Assembly: GCA_000165345.1 (NCBI GenBank) | Contig: CM000434.1 | Coordinates: 1,120,001 to 1,184,000, forward strand | Direction: 5' to 3' | Length of the DNA: 64,000 nucleotides | Shown: positions 9,837 to 22,700 of the stretch, piece by piece | Numbering within the stretch: the stretch's first letter is position 1 | How the letters are laid out: the number at the start of each line of letters is the position of its first letter | Notes under the pieces: generated by a model | Seen by the model: only the letters and a program-made list of their open reading frames with translations | What the model was told of the DNA's origin: nothing | The model's database searches: none | Program-made: the position numbers and the translations under genes

Positions 9837-12800
9837 TTAAATAAAGTAATAAAATTCATTGATATCAAAATTCCTATTTCCAATTTGTGGAATTGGTGGA
9901 AAGAATGGAACCAAAGAGTCTTGGCTTCCAATATATAAGTTATTATAAATTCTCCAATAGACACTTCTAACTTTCTTTGCTGGGTGGAAGAGCCCCTGCA
10001 AAAGGTAGTTTAAGATAACTCCAGGACCTAGGGCGACTCTAAATGCATCTAGGGCTTCGTATACAGCTTGAACTAAATGAGGAGAGTTCTCAAAGACGTT
10101 TGGCCAAAGAAAGTTAAGTAGATGGATTAGAGCATCATTGCATCCTGTCCCTGCTACTCCTAAAGCCAAATGCTTACAAGCCCATGCTGCTGTTTGCCTA
10201 TGAACCTGATCTCTATCTGTAAGAGCTACCTCCAATAAAGGAGTTAAAGCATAAATATAATCCTTTGACATTGTTCCAATGTATTCAAACATAAATGAAA
10301 GAGTCTTTAAAACTCCATTTTGGACATTAAGGTCTGGAATCCTATATTCATTCATTATAGCTGGAAGTACTGTGTAAGGCATACAAATTTCTGAAATTAT
10401 AGCAATAGCAATAGTAGTACAAACTCTAAGTTGTCTCTCTTGTACTCTTAAGTTGTTTAACAAAGTTACTAATACATCTTGTGGTCCTATAGTCTTTGCA
10501 ATATGACCAAAAGTTTTGACTGATGCTCTCCTAATAGACTTCTTATTAGCTTTAAGACTATCTAAAAGATCAAAACAAATTCTGTCCCATTCTTTAGGAG
10601 ATACAAAATCACCTCCTTTCTTTGCACAGCATCCTAAAAGCTGTATGATATTTTCTTGTACTTTTTCATGTCTATTTTTCAGAATTGGGGTTAATCTTGG
10701 AACTAATTCTTTGATTGGAGGGCTTAATTTCTCTACTCTTACTTGAGTTACTATTGCATGTAATGCTCCAATAATACTCCCAAGAACTTCTGGATATTCT
10801 TCGCCTAAATATTCGTATAGAAATAATCCAATATGAGCAATCATTTGTTCTTCTTCACATTGTTTCATAACTCCAATAATACCAGCTACTAAATCTGCAG
10901 CTGTTTGTCTTGCTCTTGGAGAAGGAGTATTAAGACGCCATCTAATAATTGAGGATATTTGGGGTAAGTATTGTTTAGATCTTGTTCCAAGTAAAGTTAA
11001 TATTCTACCTACATTTTCAACAACAGACGAATCCTCGTCAGTAGAACTTTCCTGAAAGATGTATAATATTCCATCAACTAAGAGTTTTTCCAGTCTCTGT
11101 TCCAAATGAATTACTGGAACAATCTCCATTACATTTCTGACAGTTTCTAAGGCTTGAATTCTAAATGTCTCACTACCATCTCTGAGAAATATTAGTAATC
11201 CATCCAAAATAGGCTCCAATCCAACTTGTTTAGAAAGTGAAACTGTTGTATTTATGACCAATTTTGAGGTTCTTTTATCCAAAGAATTACGACTAGTCCA
11301 AAATTGTCCAAAGAAAGGTCCAAGAAGCTTTTGCTTAACAAACTCTGACCCAATTTCTTCAACAGAAACACATTGTTCCAGAACTCTCAGGACGATTCTT
11401 TTCATTTCATCATCCTGTGAACCAAATTCCCTTACTAGTACAGGAGAGATTTCCTTAATATAATAACAAGCTTGATTTGTTTCCATAAGAGAAATCATTT
11501 GTCCCATGGCTTTAAGGTAACTTGCCAAATTTCGACTTCTATATTCAGAAATCCCTTTCCAAATTTGTCCCAGAATTGGTTCAAAAGCCTCAATGCCATA
11601 AGGTGACGAAGCTTCAGCTAATGATGCAAGTGAGAGAGCTGTAATTACTCTAACTTTTTGATTTTCATCACTTAAACCATGAGAAATAATTTGGACTAAA
11701 CTCTTCAAGTGAGGGAGAACTGAGCTCCCATGCAAAATAGCTATTTGTTGGACAATCCTAATTCCAGTATGCCTTGCTTGCCAACTCTTCTTACTCTGAC
11801 AAACCGCTTGTAGAAAGATAACCAATGAGGGAATTCCCATAGCTGAGGCCAGAATAGCAAAAGCCTTAGCAGTAGTATTCCTCACATACTCATCAGGATG
11901 ATCTATATCTGGTCTCATAGTTGCAATCATAGTAGCCAGTCCAACAGCCTTTGCAAGATTTGAAATGATTTCTCTTCCTTCTTGGCGAGCATAATAATCT
12001 TGATCTATCAACATTGGTTCTATTACAACCAAAATCTTATGAACATATGGTTTAACTTTCTCTCCTAGACGTTGGAGGATTCTGTCTAAAGCTTTAACAA
12101 GCATATGCCTTTCCTGCTCTTCCAAAGTAGATTGCATTAGCAATGGAAGAAGATGATTTAGAATAATTCCAGGTCCATGATCACGAGCAGTTTCTACAAT
12201 CTGTTTCATTGCCTTTCTTCTAAGTATTGGAGCTCCATTTTTTATTTTCAATAAAAGTGTTAATACAAGTCGCTCGTTAACTTCCTCAGGAGAAAGGTCA
12301 TCATCAGAAATATTAGAAAAGAGTTTCCCAAAGAAATGGAAGTCTTCTATTCTTAGAGATAACTCTCCAAGTTCAGAATGAAATACCTGTCTCATAAAAC
12401 CTTGCTGGGGAACATCCTTACTTTCTCCCAATTCTTCTTGAAAAGATTTGGTTGGTTCAGGAATATCATATAAAGTAATTTTAGGTTCTAAAAGCTTTCT
12501 TTTGTTCTCCAAATTAGCTCTTCTAAGCTTCTCATATCCTTCAGGAGGTTTCACAATCTCGTACCCTTCTGAAGGGAGGATCTTGTCCAATTCCTCGTCA
12601 GTAAACTCTTTTTGAAAAGGTGGATGAAACCTTCCTTCTTCAGAAGTAGTTCTCTGGGCAGAACAAACCTCTGATGATTGTTCTGAACTATTAGTTTCAA
12701 CCGTTTCCTTAGCCTCTCTAAGGGTTTCCACTTCCCCATTGTCCCATCTTGACTTCTTTTGGTCCAGCTTCCCGCAACTACTAACTTCCTGATCCTCATC

Positions 12801-12932
12801 AGGTACAATATCCCATCTTTTCTTACGTCTTTGAGGTCTTGTTGGAGCCTTTTCCTGTTCTAAAATGACGAGCCCCTCTCCTCGTCCATCCTCCATTGCT
12901 GTCCAATCCAATTTACCTACCTCATCTGACAT
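9837..12932 (-). CDS. SF3B1: Splicing factor 3B subunit 1 (SF3B1/SAP155), HEAT-repeat protein
   Basis: The ORF is 1040 aa in the track, but the track start at 12959 is TTG; the first ATG is at 12932. HEAT repeats run throughout. The C-terminal signature ...KKVRSVYWRIYNNLYIGSQDSLVPFFPPI matches the SF3B1 C-terminus ([22 protein letters not shown]). E2F-like boxes lie at 13089..13100 and 13293..13307 upstream. Confidence 0.9.
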   Translation of the reverse strand: MSDEVGKLDWTAMEDGRGEGLVILEQEKAPTRPQRRKKRWDIVPDEDQEVSSCGKLDQKKSRWDNGEVETLREAKETVETNSSEQSSEVCSAQRTTSEEGRFHPPFQKEFTDEELDKILPSEGYEIVKPPEGYEKLRRANLENKRKLLEPKITLYDIPEPTKSFQEELGESKDVPQQGFMRQVFHSELGELSLRIEDFHFFGKLFSNISDDDLSPEEVNERLVLTLLLKIKNGAPILRRKAMKQIVETARDHGPGIILNHLLPLLMQSTLEEQERHMLVKALDRILQRLGEKVKPYVHKILVVIEPMLIDQDYYARQEGREIISNLAKAVGLATMIATMRPDIDHPDEYVRNTTAKAFAILASAMGIPSLVIFLQAVCQSKKSWQARHTGIRIVQQIAILHGSSVLPHLKSLVQIISHGLSDENQKVRVITALSLASLAEASSPYGIEAFEPILGQIWKGISEYRSRNLASYLKAMGQMISLMETNQACYYIKEISPVLVREFGSQDDEMKRIVLRVLEQCVSVEEIGSEFVKQKLLGPFFGQFWTSRNSLDKRTSKLVINTTVSLSKQVGLEPILDGLLIFLRDGSETFRIQALETVRNVMEIVPVIHLEQRLEKLLVDGILYIFQESSTDEDSSVVENVGRILTLLGTRSKQYLPQISSIIRWRLNTPSPRARQTAADLVAGIIGVMKQCEEEQMIAHIGLFLYEYLGEEYPEVLGSIIGALHAIVTQVRVEKLSPPIKELVPRLTPILKNRHEKVQENIIQLLGCCAKKGGDFVSPKEWDRICFDLLDSLKANKKSIRRASVKTFGHIAKTIGPQDVLVTLLNNLRVQERQLRVCTTIAIAIISEICMPYTVLPAIMNEYRIPDLNVQNGVLKTLSFMFEYIGTMSKDYIYALTPLLEVALTDRDQVHRQTAAWACKHLALGVAGTGCNDALIHLLNFLWPNVFENSPHLVQAVYEALDAFRVALGPGVILNYLLQGLFHPAKKVRSVYWRIYNNLYIGSQDSLVPFFPPIPQIGNRNFDINEFYYFI

Positions 12933-13845
12933 TCTCAAAAATCCTAATAACCCCACCAAAAAAGCTCAACAAGAGCAAAAAATAAGTGTGTTAAGAACTT
13001 TCTTATTTCTTAATCCACTTCTCTTTAATTTTGGGAAAATAACCTACAGGGATTTTCTTACTATATTAATATTAATCAATTCTGTTTGTTTTTGGCGGGC
13101 TATACTCCAAGTCAAAGAGCCTGAATTAATAAGGGCAAAGGTTGAGGGGAGAGAAAGAGTTAAAGAAAGTCCAAAGAGAGAAGTTATGACTTCATTTCTC
13201 ATTACCAGTTAGAATTTTTCAGTGTAATCCAAACTAATTTCATGCAATATGATAGTTCTATACTTAAAGAAGTAAGGAAGGAAGAGAAAACTTTTGGCGG
13301 GAAAAGTATAAAGGACAGAATTTATGAATTCAAGTATATATAGTTTTATTTAGCTTTCATCAAATTCGCACTAGTAACATAATAAATTGAGGAAAAACTG
13401 TTAGTTTAGAATATGAACATGAATAAGTTTGTTTTAGCTTAGAATTAGTATGAATACCCAATCTTGTGACTTTGTTAGAGAAGTCTGATAATAGACCGAT
13501 TTCAATGAGCAAGAACCAGAATTCAAGTTGGTCTCAAAGTAGTGATATTCCACAAGGAATACAAGTGAAAATAAATTTTTCCCTTCAAATATAAGGAGTT
13601 TGGTTACTAATATGCCCAATAATTCAGCAGAACCATTGCAGAGGAAGTATCCATCCAAGATGGAAAAATTGTTTGACTAAACGATTTAGAAATGCGAATG
13701 ACTAGCTTATAAATATATTAGTAATTAGGAAAGGTCACAAAAAAGAAAATTAGTTAAATTTTGTAACAAAAAAATGTTCATTTTTTTCAGAAGTTAATAA
13801 TTTAAACTTAAACACCTACATGCTATTTTAACAAATTCCCCACAC

Positions 13846-13870
13846 GGCGCCACCCCTCCGGCGCCACCCC
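13846..13870. promoter_or_regulatory. GC-rich island with two tandem GGCGCCACCCC boxes (E2F-like double site)
   Basis: The sequence ggcgccacccctccggcgccacccc sits in otherwise about 80% AT intergenic DNA, roughly 735 bp upstream of the beta-tubulin ATG. Confidence 0.45.
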
Positions 13871-14598
13871 ACGCATATTCAAGTAACTTCGGGAAGCACC
13901 TCAAGAAATGAAACGGTGGGAGAAACGAATGTAGGAAAACAAGAGGGAGATCTATGAGTTGATAAGTAAATGCTTCAAAAGAATGTACGTGAAGTAGTAA
14001 TATTCATATTTGAACATTTATGCTTTTTTTTTTTTTAGATGAACTAGTAATTTAGGAGTTTAGCGCGAATAAATAGGAACATCATATATTGAGAATAGTA
14101 GAATCCAGGTAGAATGGGAGAAAAAAGAGAAAGAAGTGCAAAGAAAATGTATTTTAATAGCTGTTTTAGTTTAGAGGAAAAAAAAAAAGAAAATTAATGG
14201 AAAAAACATTAATAATAAGCTTGGATAAAATCTACATAGTCCCAATCCCCCCTGACCCGCTTCTATAGTAATCCATATGGAAGCCTGATTTCTGCTTGAT
14301 TTCATACGTAATTTTTACTTAAAAAGTGGGGTCCGTCATTGAATAGTATAATTTCAAGTGTTTTTCTTTGTGTGGAATAATTGGAGGTATAATTCTATTA
14401 ATTATAAGGAATATCTCAAAATAGAATTCGTTAAGATCTCGCAACTTGTGGTAAGTAAATGATCAAAATCCCCAAGAAAAGGTTGGGTAATCTTCTGGCT
14501 ATTGGGGAACTTGAATTATAGATTATAATAAGTTGTTGATTACTATAATTTGTAGGATATTCATATTAATTGATTCCTAATTACCATTAATAAGATAA

Positions 14599-16024
<1,426 letters not shown>

Positions 16025-16324
16025 ACTTCTTGGACATAAATCAAACCATTGGGAAGCTATCCTCATGGGGTGGCTATAGTCGATTTCATCATTTTTCCCA
16101 TAGATCTGCTATCGGGAGAATATTTCAGATTCTGCTACCCTATTATAATACGCGTTTAGCTTGCAGGGCATCATAATTTAGAACTTTTGTAGAATTCCGG
16201 AATTTCTCACAATCCAGGCATCATTTAGCACAAACATTTCAAACCTTCCAACAATAAGCTCATTCTTTAATTTATTTTTTCCCCCTAAACAATTCTTTAA
16301 TCATTTTACACGTATGTGCGCTAT

Positions 16325-16428
16325 CCACATTATGCATGCAATTCTGCAATACTGCCAGCATACCGGTATTCATGCAGTACTTGCGTGTGTGTGGGGAGGT
16401 TTTATCAAGAAATTTCTTGTGGACAAAT
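16325..16428. promoter_or_regulatory. Composite intergenic module (ATCCACAT, ATGCATGCA, ACCGGTAT, GTGGACAAAT) between the convergent beta-tubulin and CWC2 3' ends
   Basis: The sequence ctatccacattatgcatgcaattctgcaatactgccagcataccggtattcatgcag...cttgtggacaaatt shows the same motif set and order as at least 10 other intergenic sites in the window. Confidence 0.4.
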
Positions 16429-16512
16429 TATGATAAGTGAAAAGGAGATTAAAAGTTAATAATTAATAAAAGTTCAATTAAATAAAACAAAAACTAGTTG
16501 ATTAATGTTAAG

Positions 16513-17541
16513 CTATAGAATAACATCGTAGATAGAGTTTTCTTGTTTTTCTGATTCATCATCCTCGGAATTGCCTTTTTCAATGTTTGTAGATTTGCAC
16601 AAATTTTTTGTTTGGCAGCTTTTAATTGACTCTAGAATTTTCTCAACTCTATAATAATCTTTTTGAATCTTCAATACTTCTTCTGATGGAACATTGTGAC
16701 TTGTGCTATCAATATGGCTAAAAAAACCTTCAGTTTCATTATTTACCTGTAAATCTGATCTGGATTTCTTTTCTATGTCCAAGTTCGACACGAATTCCTC
16801 CACTTCCTCTGCATTTCTCTTCTTACTATTCTCCATACTTGTTGGATTTGGGTCATCATATGCCCATCTCACGGTAATTGGATCTGTCTGCCCTTTGAAA
16901 ATTATCTGATTTTCCATGGCTGCTTTGGCAAACTCCGCTGATGATCTTAAGAAGTATCGAACAAATGCAATATTCTTACTTGGAATCACTCTTATGTAGT
17001 CCACTGGGCCCCAAACTGAAAACTCCTTTTTAATGACCTTGTTTACTCCCTCCAAGTAATTACTTTTTGACCTATTAATATAAAGGTCTCCAACAAATAT
17101 TGTTCTACATTCCTTGTTAAAAGAACCTGTCCCAGTCATATCATCTTTGTGTTGAGCATGCCTTTCTCTCCCAAATACATCATACATTGGAGAAACTAAT
17201 CTATCATCCTCCTCTGTTGGAATTCTATGAAAGTATTTGCATTTTGAACCATTCACACAAGCTCCTTTTGCGAAATAAAGACAAAAATAACTCTTAGTGT
17301 TTGGATCCTGGTCTGCTTTTGTCCATCCAGAGTCTTTATCAGGGATACATTTTGTCTTTGAAGCCACTTTCCCCCTCTTATCATAGTCAAATTGGTACTT
17401 TCCATACCATATATTATATAGTTCTCCTCCTTCCTTATATGCCAAGTTGCTCTGGAGAGAACCATCACTCTGAGCTCTAGCTGGCCTCTTCAGTTCTTCA
17501 ACTGTTGGCTTCCTTTTAAATTCGACTGGAACTTTGTCCAT
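16513..17541 (-). CDS. CWC2: Pre-mRNA splicing factor CWC2 (RBM22 family): CCCH zinc finger plus RRM
   Basis: 342 aa. [28 protein letters not shown] matches yeast Cwc2 [61 protein letters not shown] matches [33 protein letters not shown]. The RRM contains [11 protein letters not shown]. An E2F-like box at 17613..17624 lies 72 bp upstream. Confidence 0.85.
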   Translation of the reverse strand: [342 protein letters not shown]

Positions 17542-17736
17542 TCTCTCAGAACCTCATATTTATGTGACTTTCTCTATTTCTTTCTTCTTAATTATTAATA
17601 TTATCATCCTTATTTTGGCGCCATATTCTAAATAATTATTAATATAAAGTTAAGCACAAATAAGAAAGAAAAAAAAGTTGAAAAAATTTTCCTGAAATTG
17701 AATATTCAGGAAATTCAAGATCACTTGGTTAATAAC

Positions 17737-18957
17737 ATGGAAATGGATATTTCGTCTTCCAACTTTGAGAATGATAATCAAACAAATACTGAGCTTTTTG
17801 AAAGTAAAGGCTTAATGCCTTCACAATATTATGTGGATTTATTCTATAGTCAGTTAGCTTATTCATATTATGGATCTCTTCACTTTCATTGGAGGGAAAA
17901 CTTTTGTAGAATTATAAAAGAGAAAGGTCTTTCAGGTTTGGGTGAAAAATCACTCAATATAGATTTTATTGATCCACTTTCTCACTTGGCAGATAAGGGA
18001 ATTACTAATTTGTTGAATAATCACTCAGATTTTAGTCAGGATTTAGGTCCTCAGATGCAATTGACTGGCTCTGTATACTACAGAGGTGATTCAGATCAGG
18101 TTCTATTGGCTCAGGCTTATGATAGTTCCATCAGGAATCCTAATGAGTGCGAAGTAACTACAGAGTTTGCCCTAATTGCTGAATATGAAAGCCAAAATAA
18201 GGCATTCTCTTATCCAGGAGAGAAGAAATACTCTATTAATCCTTGGGAAAGGTATCATATTTCAATTTTGATGAAAGCAATATTTGTATTCATGTTCTTT
18301 GATGTTTCTAGGGAATTCTACATTGTTTTGATTTCTCTCTACTTCTTGTACATAAGAGGTTTATTTGATGGACTTCAAGATCTATTTGAAAGGATTTCTT
18401 CCAGTCAACCAATGGATACTACTCTTGCTGAACTAAGAAGGAGAAGGGCTGAGATTGAACTTGAAGCTCAGTTAATTCAAGAAAGAGAACAAGAGTTACT
18501 TATCAATTCTGAACTTGAACAAGTTAAGGAACAAACAGAGGACAGAGCTGTGGATCAAGAAAACTCAGATTTGCCCAAGTCTCAAATAAATTCTTCAAAT
18601 GGGGTATCTGAGGACGAGCCCTCACAAGAGGTTCCACAAAATGAAGATTTTGATGATGGTTCTTCCGTGATATCTACCCATGAAGAAGCTCACTTTTTGG
18701 ACCCATTGGGCGTATTAGGGCCTAATGAAATTCTTGGTGCTTCACAGACTGAAGAACTACAACATTCTAGTGATAATTTGAGGAGAGAGAATACCACAGC
18801 AGCCCAAGAAAACACTCAAGAACATTCAGAAGATTCACAAAGTAACAACCGAGCTAAGACCGTTAACTACTTGACATGCGCCATTTACCAAACAATAGGA
18901 ATGTACATTTTCACACTCATGCCCTGGTGGAATCCAGATCCCACATATCTAGTCTAA
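17737..18957 (+). CDS. Hypothetical protein with one predicted TM segment and an acidic, low-complexity C-terminal half
   Basis: The track start at 17698 is TTG; the first ATG is at 17737. A hydrophobic stretch reads IFVFMFFDVSREFYIVLISLYFLYI, followed by an E/Q/S-rich tail. No recognisable domain. Confidence 0.4.
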   Translation: MEMDISSSNFENDNQTNTELFESKGLMPSQYYVDLFYSQLAYSYYGSLHFHWRENFCRIIKEKGLSGLGEKSLNIDFIDPLSHLADKGITNLLNNHSDFSQDLGPQMQLTGSVYYRGDSDQVLLAQAYDSSIRNPNECEVTTEFALIAEYESQNKAFSYPGEKKYSINPWERYHISILMKAIFVFMFFDVSREFYIVLISLYFLYIRGLFDGLQDLFERISSSQPMDTTLAELRRRRAEIELEAQLIQEREQELLINSELEQVKEQTEDRAVDQENSDLPKSQINSSNGVSEDEPSQEVPQNEDFDDGSSVISTHEEAHFLDPLGVLGPNEILGASQTEELQHSSDNLRRENTTAAQENTQEHSEDSQSNNRAKTVNYLTCAIYQTIGMYIFTLMPWWNPDPTYLV

Positions 18958-19110
18958 GGGACACCTCTTAATATTGCTACACTATTAGATATGAATAAAG
19001 TTATACTAATTGTTTTCTATGAATATATGCATATATGCAATTGTTAGACTAAGTAAAATGACTACTTTTTATTATTTCCTACTTTGCAGTTACCACCTTT
19101 TCAGTAATTT

Positions 19111-19311
19111 CTAATTTGTATTCATTTCCTCTTTTGGCCTTTCTGCATTTCTTATCCTCTTAAAGAACTCAGTCTAAATGAGTTGGTTAAAATTTCAATT
19201 TTGGCGCCATATGGGAGTATCAAAAAAGCTTACCTCTAGTTCCTTGCTTGTAATACCTGAACAGACCACAGTTCCTTCATCAATCTGGTACTGTATGAAT
19301 GGCTTTGACAT
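19111..19311 (-). CDS. Candidate unannotated two-exon small ORF (46 aa), hypothetical
   Basis: ATG at 19311..19309. Exon 1, 19311..19234, reads MSKPFIQYQIDEGTVVCSGITSKELE and ends phase 0 at GTAAGC (19233..19228). The acceptor is TCATTTAG with its AG at 19175..19174. Exon 2, 19173..19111, reads TEFFKRIRNAERPKEEMNTN then stop. The region lies between two convergent 3' ends yet carries three E2F-like boxes (19199..19210, 19441..19450, 19644..19655). Confidence 0.25.
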
Positions 19312-19745
19312 ATTCATCTGTTTTATAACTTCAAGAGATACTGGGTCACTTTGAAAGTTAGATTAGAAATCAAAAAGTTGAGTAAGTTCTCGGATCCTGT
19401 GGCTTGCAACGAAGAGGCTTTCCTAGAAGTTACACTAAATCCCCCCGCCATATTTTAGCCACTAAATCCATCCCCTTAGAAACTCTTTTTTACTCAATAT
19501 GAAAACATACCTCTGAACAAATAATCCTCTTTGACAATTTACCATTAAATCAAACAAAAATTCAAAACTAATATTATTATCTTTGAAGAAACGAAAAAAA
19601 AAAGTTAGACTTAATATATTATTAATATGAAAATAATTACGGGTTTGGCGCCAATATAACCTGAAAATACATGCATTAAATGACGTGGCAATGGAAGAAT
19701 AAAATTCAAACTTGCGTATATTAGCAGGCTATTGACAAGGACATT

Positions 19746-22700
19746 TCAAGAGAATGAGCCCTCTTTAAAAATATGTTGAAAATCATTAGAAGCATGGGAA
19801 CTTTTGGTAGAAGGAATGCGATGGCTTTTTTCAACATTATGATGATTATCCAAGTTGAATCTAACCAGACTTTGGTTATTTTTGAGATGATTTGAGCTTT
19901 CAGAATTGTGTTTAGAGAGATTAACTTCACGAGTGGATTTTTTTTCTTGATCAGACATGCTAGTATGTTCTTGAATATCAGAATGGGTTGCATGTGTACC
20001 ATTCGTTTTTTTTACTTTAGAATTTTCAAGATGGCTATCTTTGTAATTATGATTTTTAGTTTCAGATTCTAGTTTTTGGTTTTGAATAGATGTATCAGTG
20101 AACCTATCACTATCTTCAAATTTTATTGAGGATCTATGTCTGGATCCAGGGAGAATACTCGAAGGTTTTGATGATCTGGAACCTTTCGAGGATTTTGGAG
20201 AACGTGTTATCCTTCTATGCCTAACAATGATACCATCTAGGATTTGCCTCCAATACTTGAGTGGTTTCTTTTTTGTATGGTTATGAATAGAGTCCAGCCA
20301 AATGAGTTCACTATCTTTTGTTGGACAAATAAATGTAATTGTAGCTGCATTAGAATAACTTGAATTGTTATTTTTGTCATTAGTGGCGGTGTTAGAGGGA
20401 AGAGAACGACCGTGATCCCTGTATTCAAAACCAAAGTTGTTTGAATTTGATGAGTTATCGTTACTTGTTGGGGATTCTTTTAAGTTGGATGAAATAATGG
20501 AGAATCTAGAGGATACATCGTTAGGATGAGTAGAATCACTCAATTGAATATTATCTGTAAAGCATTTTTCATGTATAGAATATTCATCCAAAAGTAAATC
20601 ATGTGAAAGGTTTTTTTCAAAGATTTCAGCAGAAGTGATATATAGATTGCTCTTGGTTAAAACAACGACTTGTAAGGGATTTGCATTTAATGATGATCCA
20701 ATAACATATAATTTTTCAATTTGAATAACTGGTTCCTTTCCTACTTTAAGGATTGATGGTATCATAAGCTTTTCGAGAGATTTAGTTTTCTTTGCAGAGA
20801 GTTTTCTATCCAGCCTGATTGACATAACATCTGGTAAATCAATTTCTTGTTCTTCATAATACTCTCCTTCATCATCCTCATAAACAATTGTTTGAGTGAG
20901 TTCATGATGATCAGGTTGAGTAGAAATAAGGAGTTTCTCTCTAGTATTATTTGGTACATTTGGCACAACATCAATAAATGCTCGTTCATCATTACTTCCT
21001 GTTGGATTCTTGGTCAATTTAGAGTTGGACATTTTAAAACTATTTCTCTTATTAAGTGATTTGACGCATAATCTAGCGGTTCCAATCTTTTGTATGCAAG
21101 ATTTGACATCTGAATCCTCACCTTTAAGCATTGAAATCCATTTTTCAGCATTGTTAAAATCTATACATGAAAATACCCAAGAATCAATAGTATTTCCTTT
21201 AATTACATTACTAATTTCAAATCCATCTTCAATAGGTTTCCAAGAGTTAGCTGCTGCACCCAGGAATTTGGAAGTCTCAGGTGTAATAGAATTGGAGTGT
21301 ATTGATTGGATTCTGATATTTGATTGACGTATATCTGCAACAAATAACGAATTCCTGGGTTTTTCTATTTTCCCAAGGATAATTGGGATATCAATTCTCT
21401 CTAATCCTGGGGATATAGTAGGTAATGTATATCCAATTTCTCCTTTAACAGAATGAGCTTTATCAATAATATTAGAATTTTCTCTTATAGAAGAATCTTT
21501 GGAATTTTGATCTCCAGTATTACTTGCATCATAAATTACAATAAATGGAAAGCAGTACTTGATGTTAATTTGAGTTAGTTCATAGTCCATCTTAAACACT
21601 TCACTTCCATCCTCTTTTTTAGTATATATACATGCACCCATAAGTGTACCAGTAAAATGTACTTGAGATTCATAGAATTCTTCTGTCTTTAACTTTTCTT
21701 CTTTTGTTCTTCCTATAGCTTCAAGTTTCTTATCTCTACCAATTGTCATAATTTCGATATCTTTTTCAACAATTTCATCAACTTTGATATCTCCATCAGA
21801 AAGTGCTCTCATCAAACCAAAATCATCAAAAATGGACTTTTTGGCTTTATTGGCAGAATTATTAATTTCATTCATCATTTTAAAAGCTGGTAGATTTTTA
21901 TTTATTGTAACATTTTGTTTCTTTGATTGATTATTCTTCCAATCACGTAGTCCCAGCCATTCTTGCAATTTGGGGCCAGTTTGAGCTGCTTTTGATTTTG
22001 CCTTGCTTTTTGTTGGATCAAGCTTGAGTGAACTTTTTGGAGCAATTAAAGGATTTTGAATATTCTTCAGCTTCTCATGCTGAATCATTTTTAGTTTGCT
22101 TGTAAATATTTTATGAACTTTGGCTCTAGCAGCTCGATCACCTTGTTTGCCTTGTGAATAAACTTGAACATTAATTGGTCCAATGTCCTCAACAACAGAA
22201 ATATCTCCTGAGGCAATTTTTGTAATTGCATCAGATAATTTCATTGCATGATCTATATGCTCCTGAGTATATTTATTTGTATCATTTAACACATCATCAA
22301 TGACATCCGGAAATAAATTCCAATATGGAACACTCAAATGTTGAAGTTCCGGAACCAATACTCTATATGAAGAATCTAAAGTTCCCTTAACAACATTACT
22401 AATCTTTACATATCTATTAAGGGAATGGCTTGGAGAGTCTTTGGCTAGCTGAAGTATAATACTAACCTCACCACAAACACTTACGAGTAATTCTTTAAGA
22501 TCAACACAACTATTGCATATATCTTTCCCTCCACGATCAAGTTTGCTCGCTAATAGGTTAAGTTCTGTGAATAGAAGCTGTTCTTCTGATGTTATTGCCC
22601 TTGTTAAGGATTTTTGGGTATCTTCAACATTTAATAGGTTATTTTCAAAGATAGTTTTGCGCTGCTCTGCTAAGGCCGAAATCTCCGAAATCTTTTGCGA

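Noticed and set aside
12865-13658. ORFs 12865..13212 (+) and 13434..13658 (-)
   Set aside because: The first overlaps the SF3B1 5' end and promoter on the opposite strand. Both are short with no similarity and are likely non-coding.
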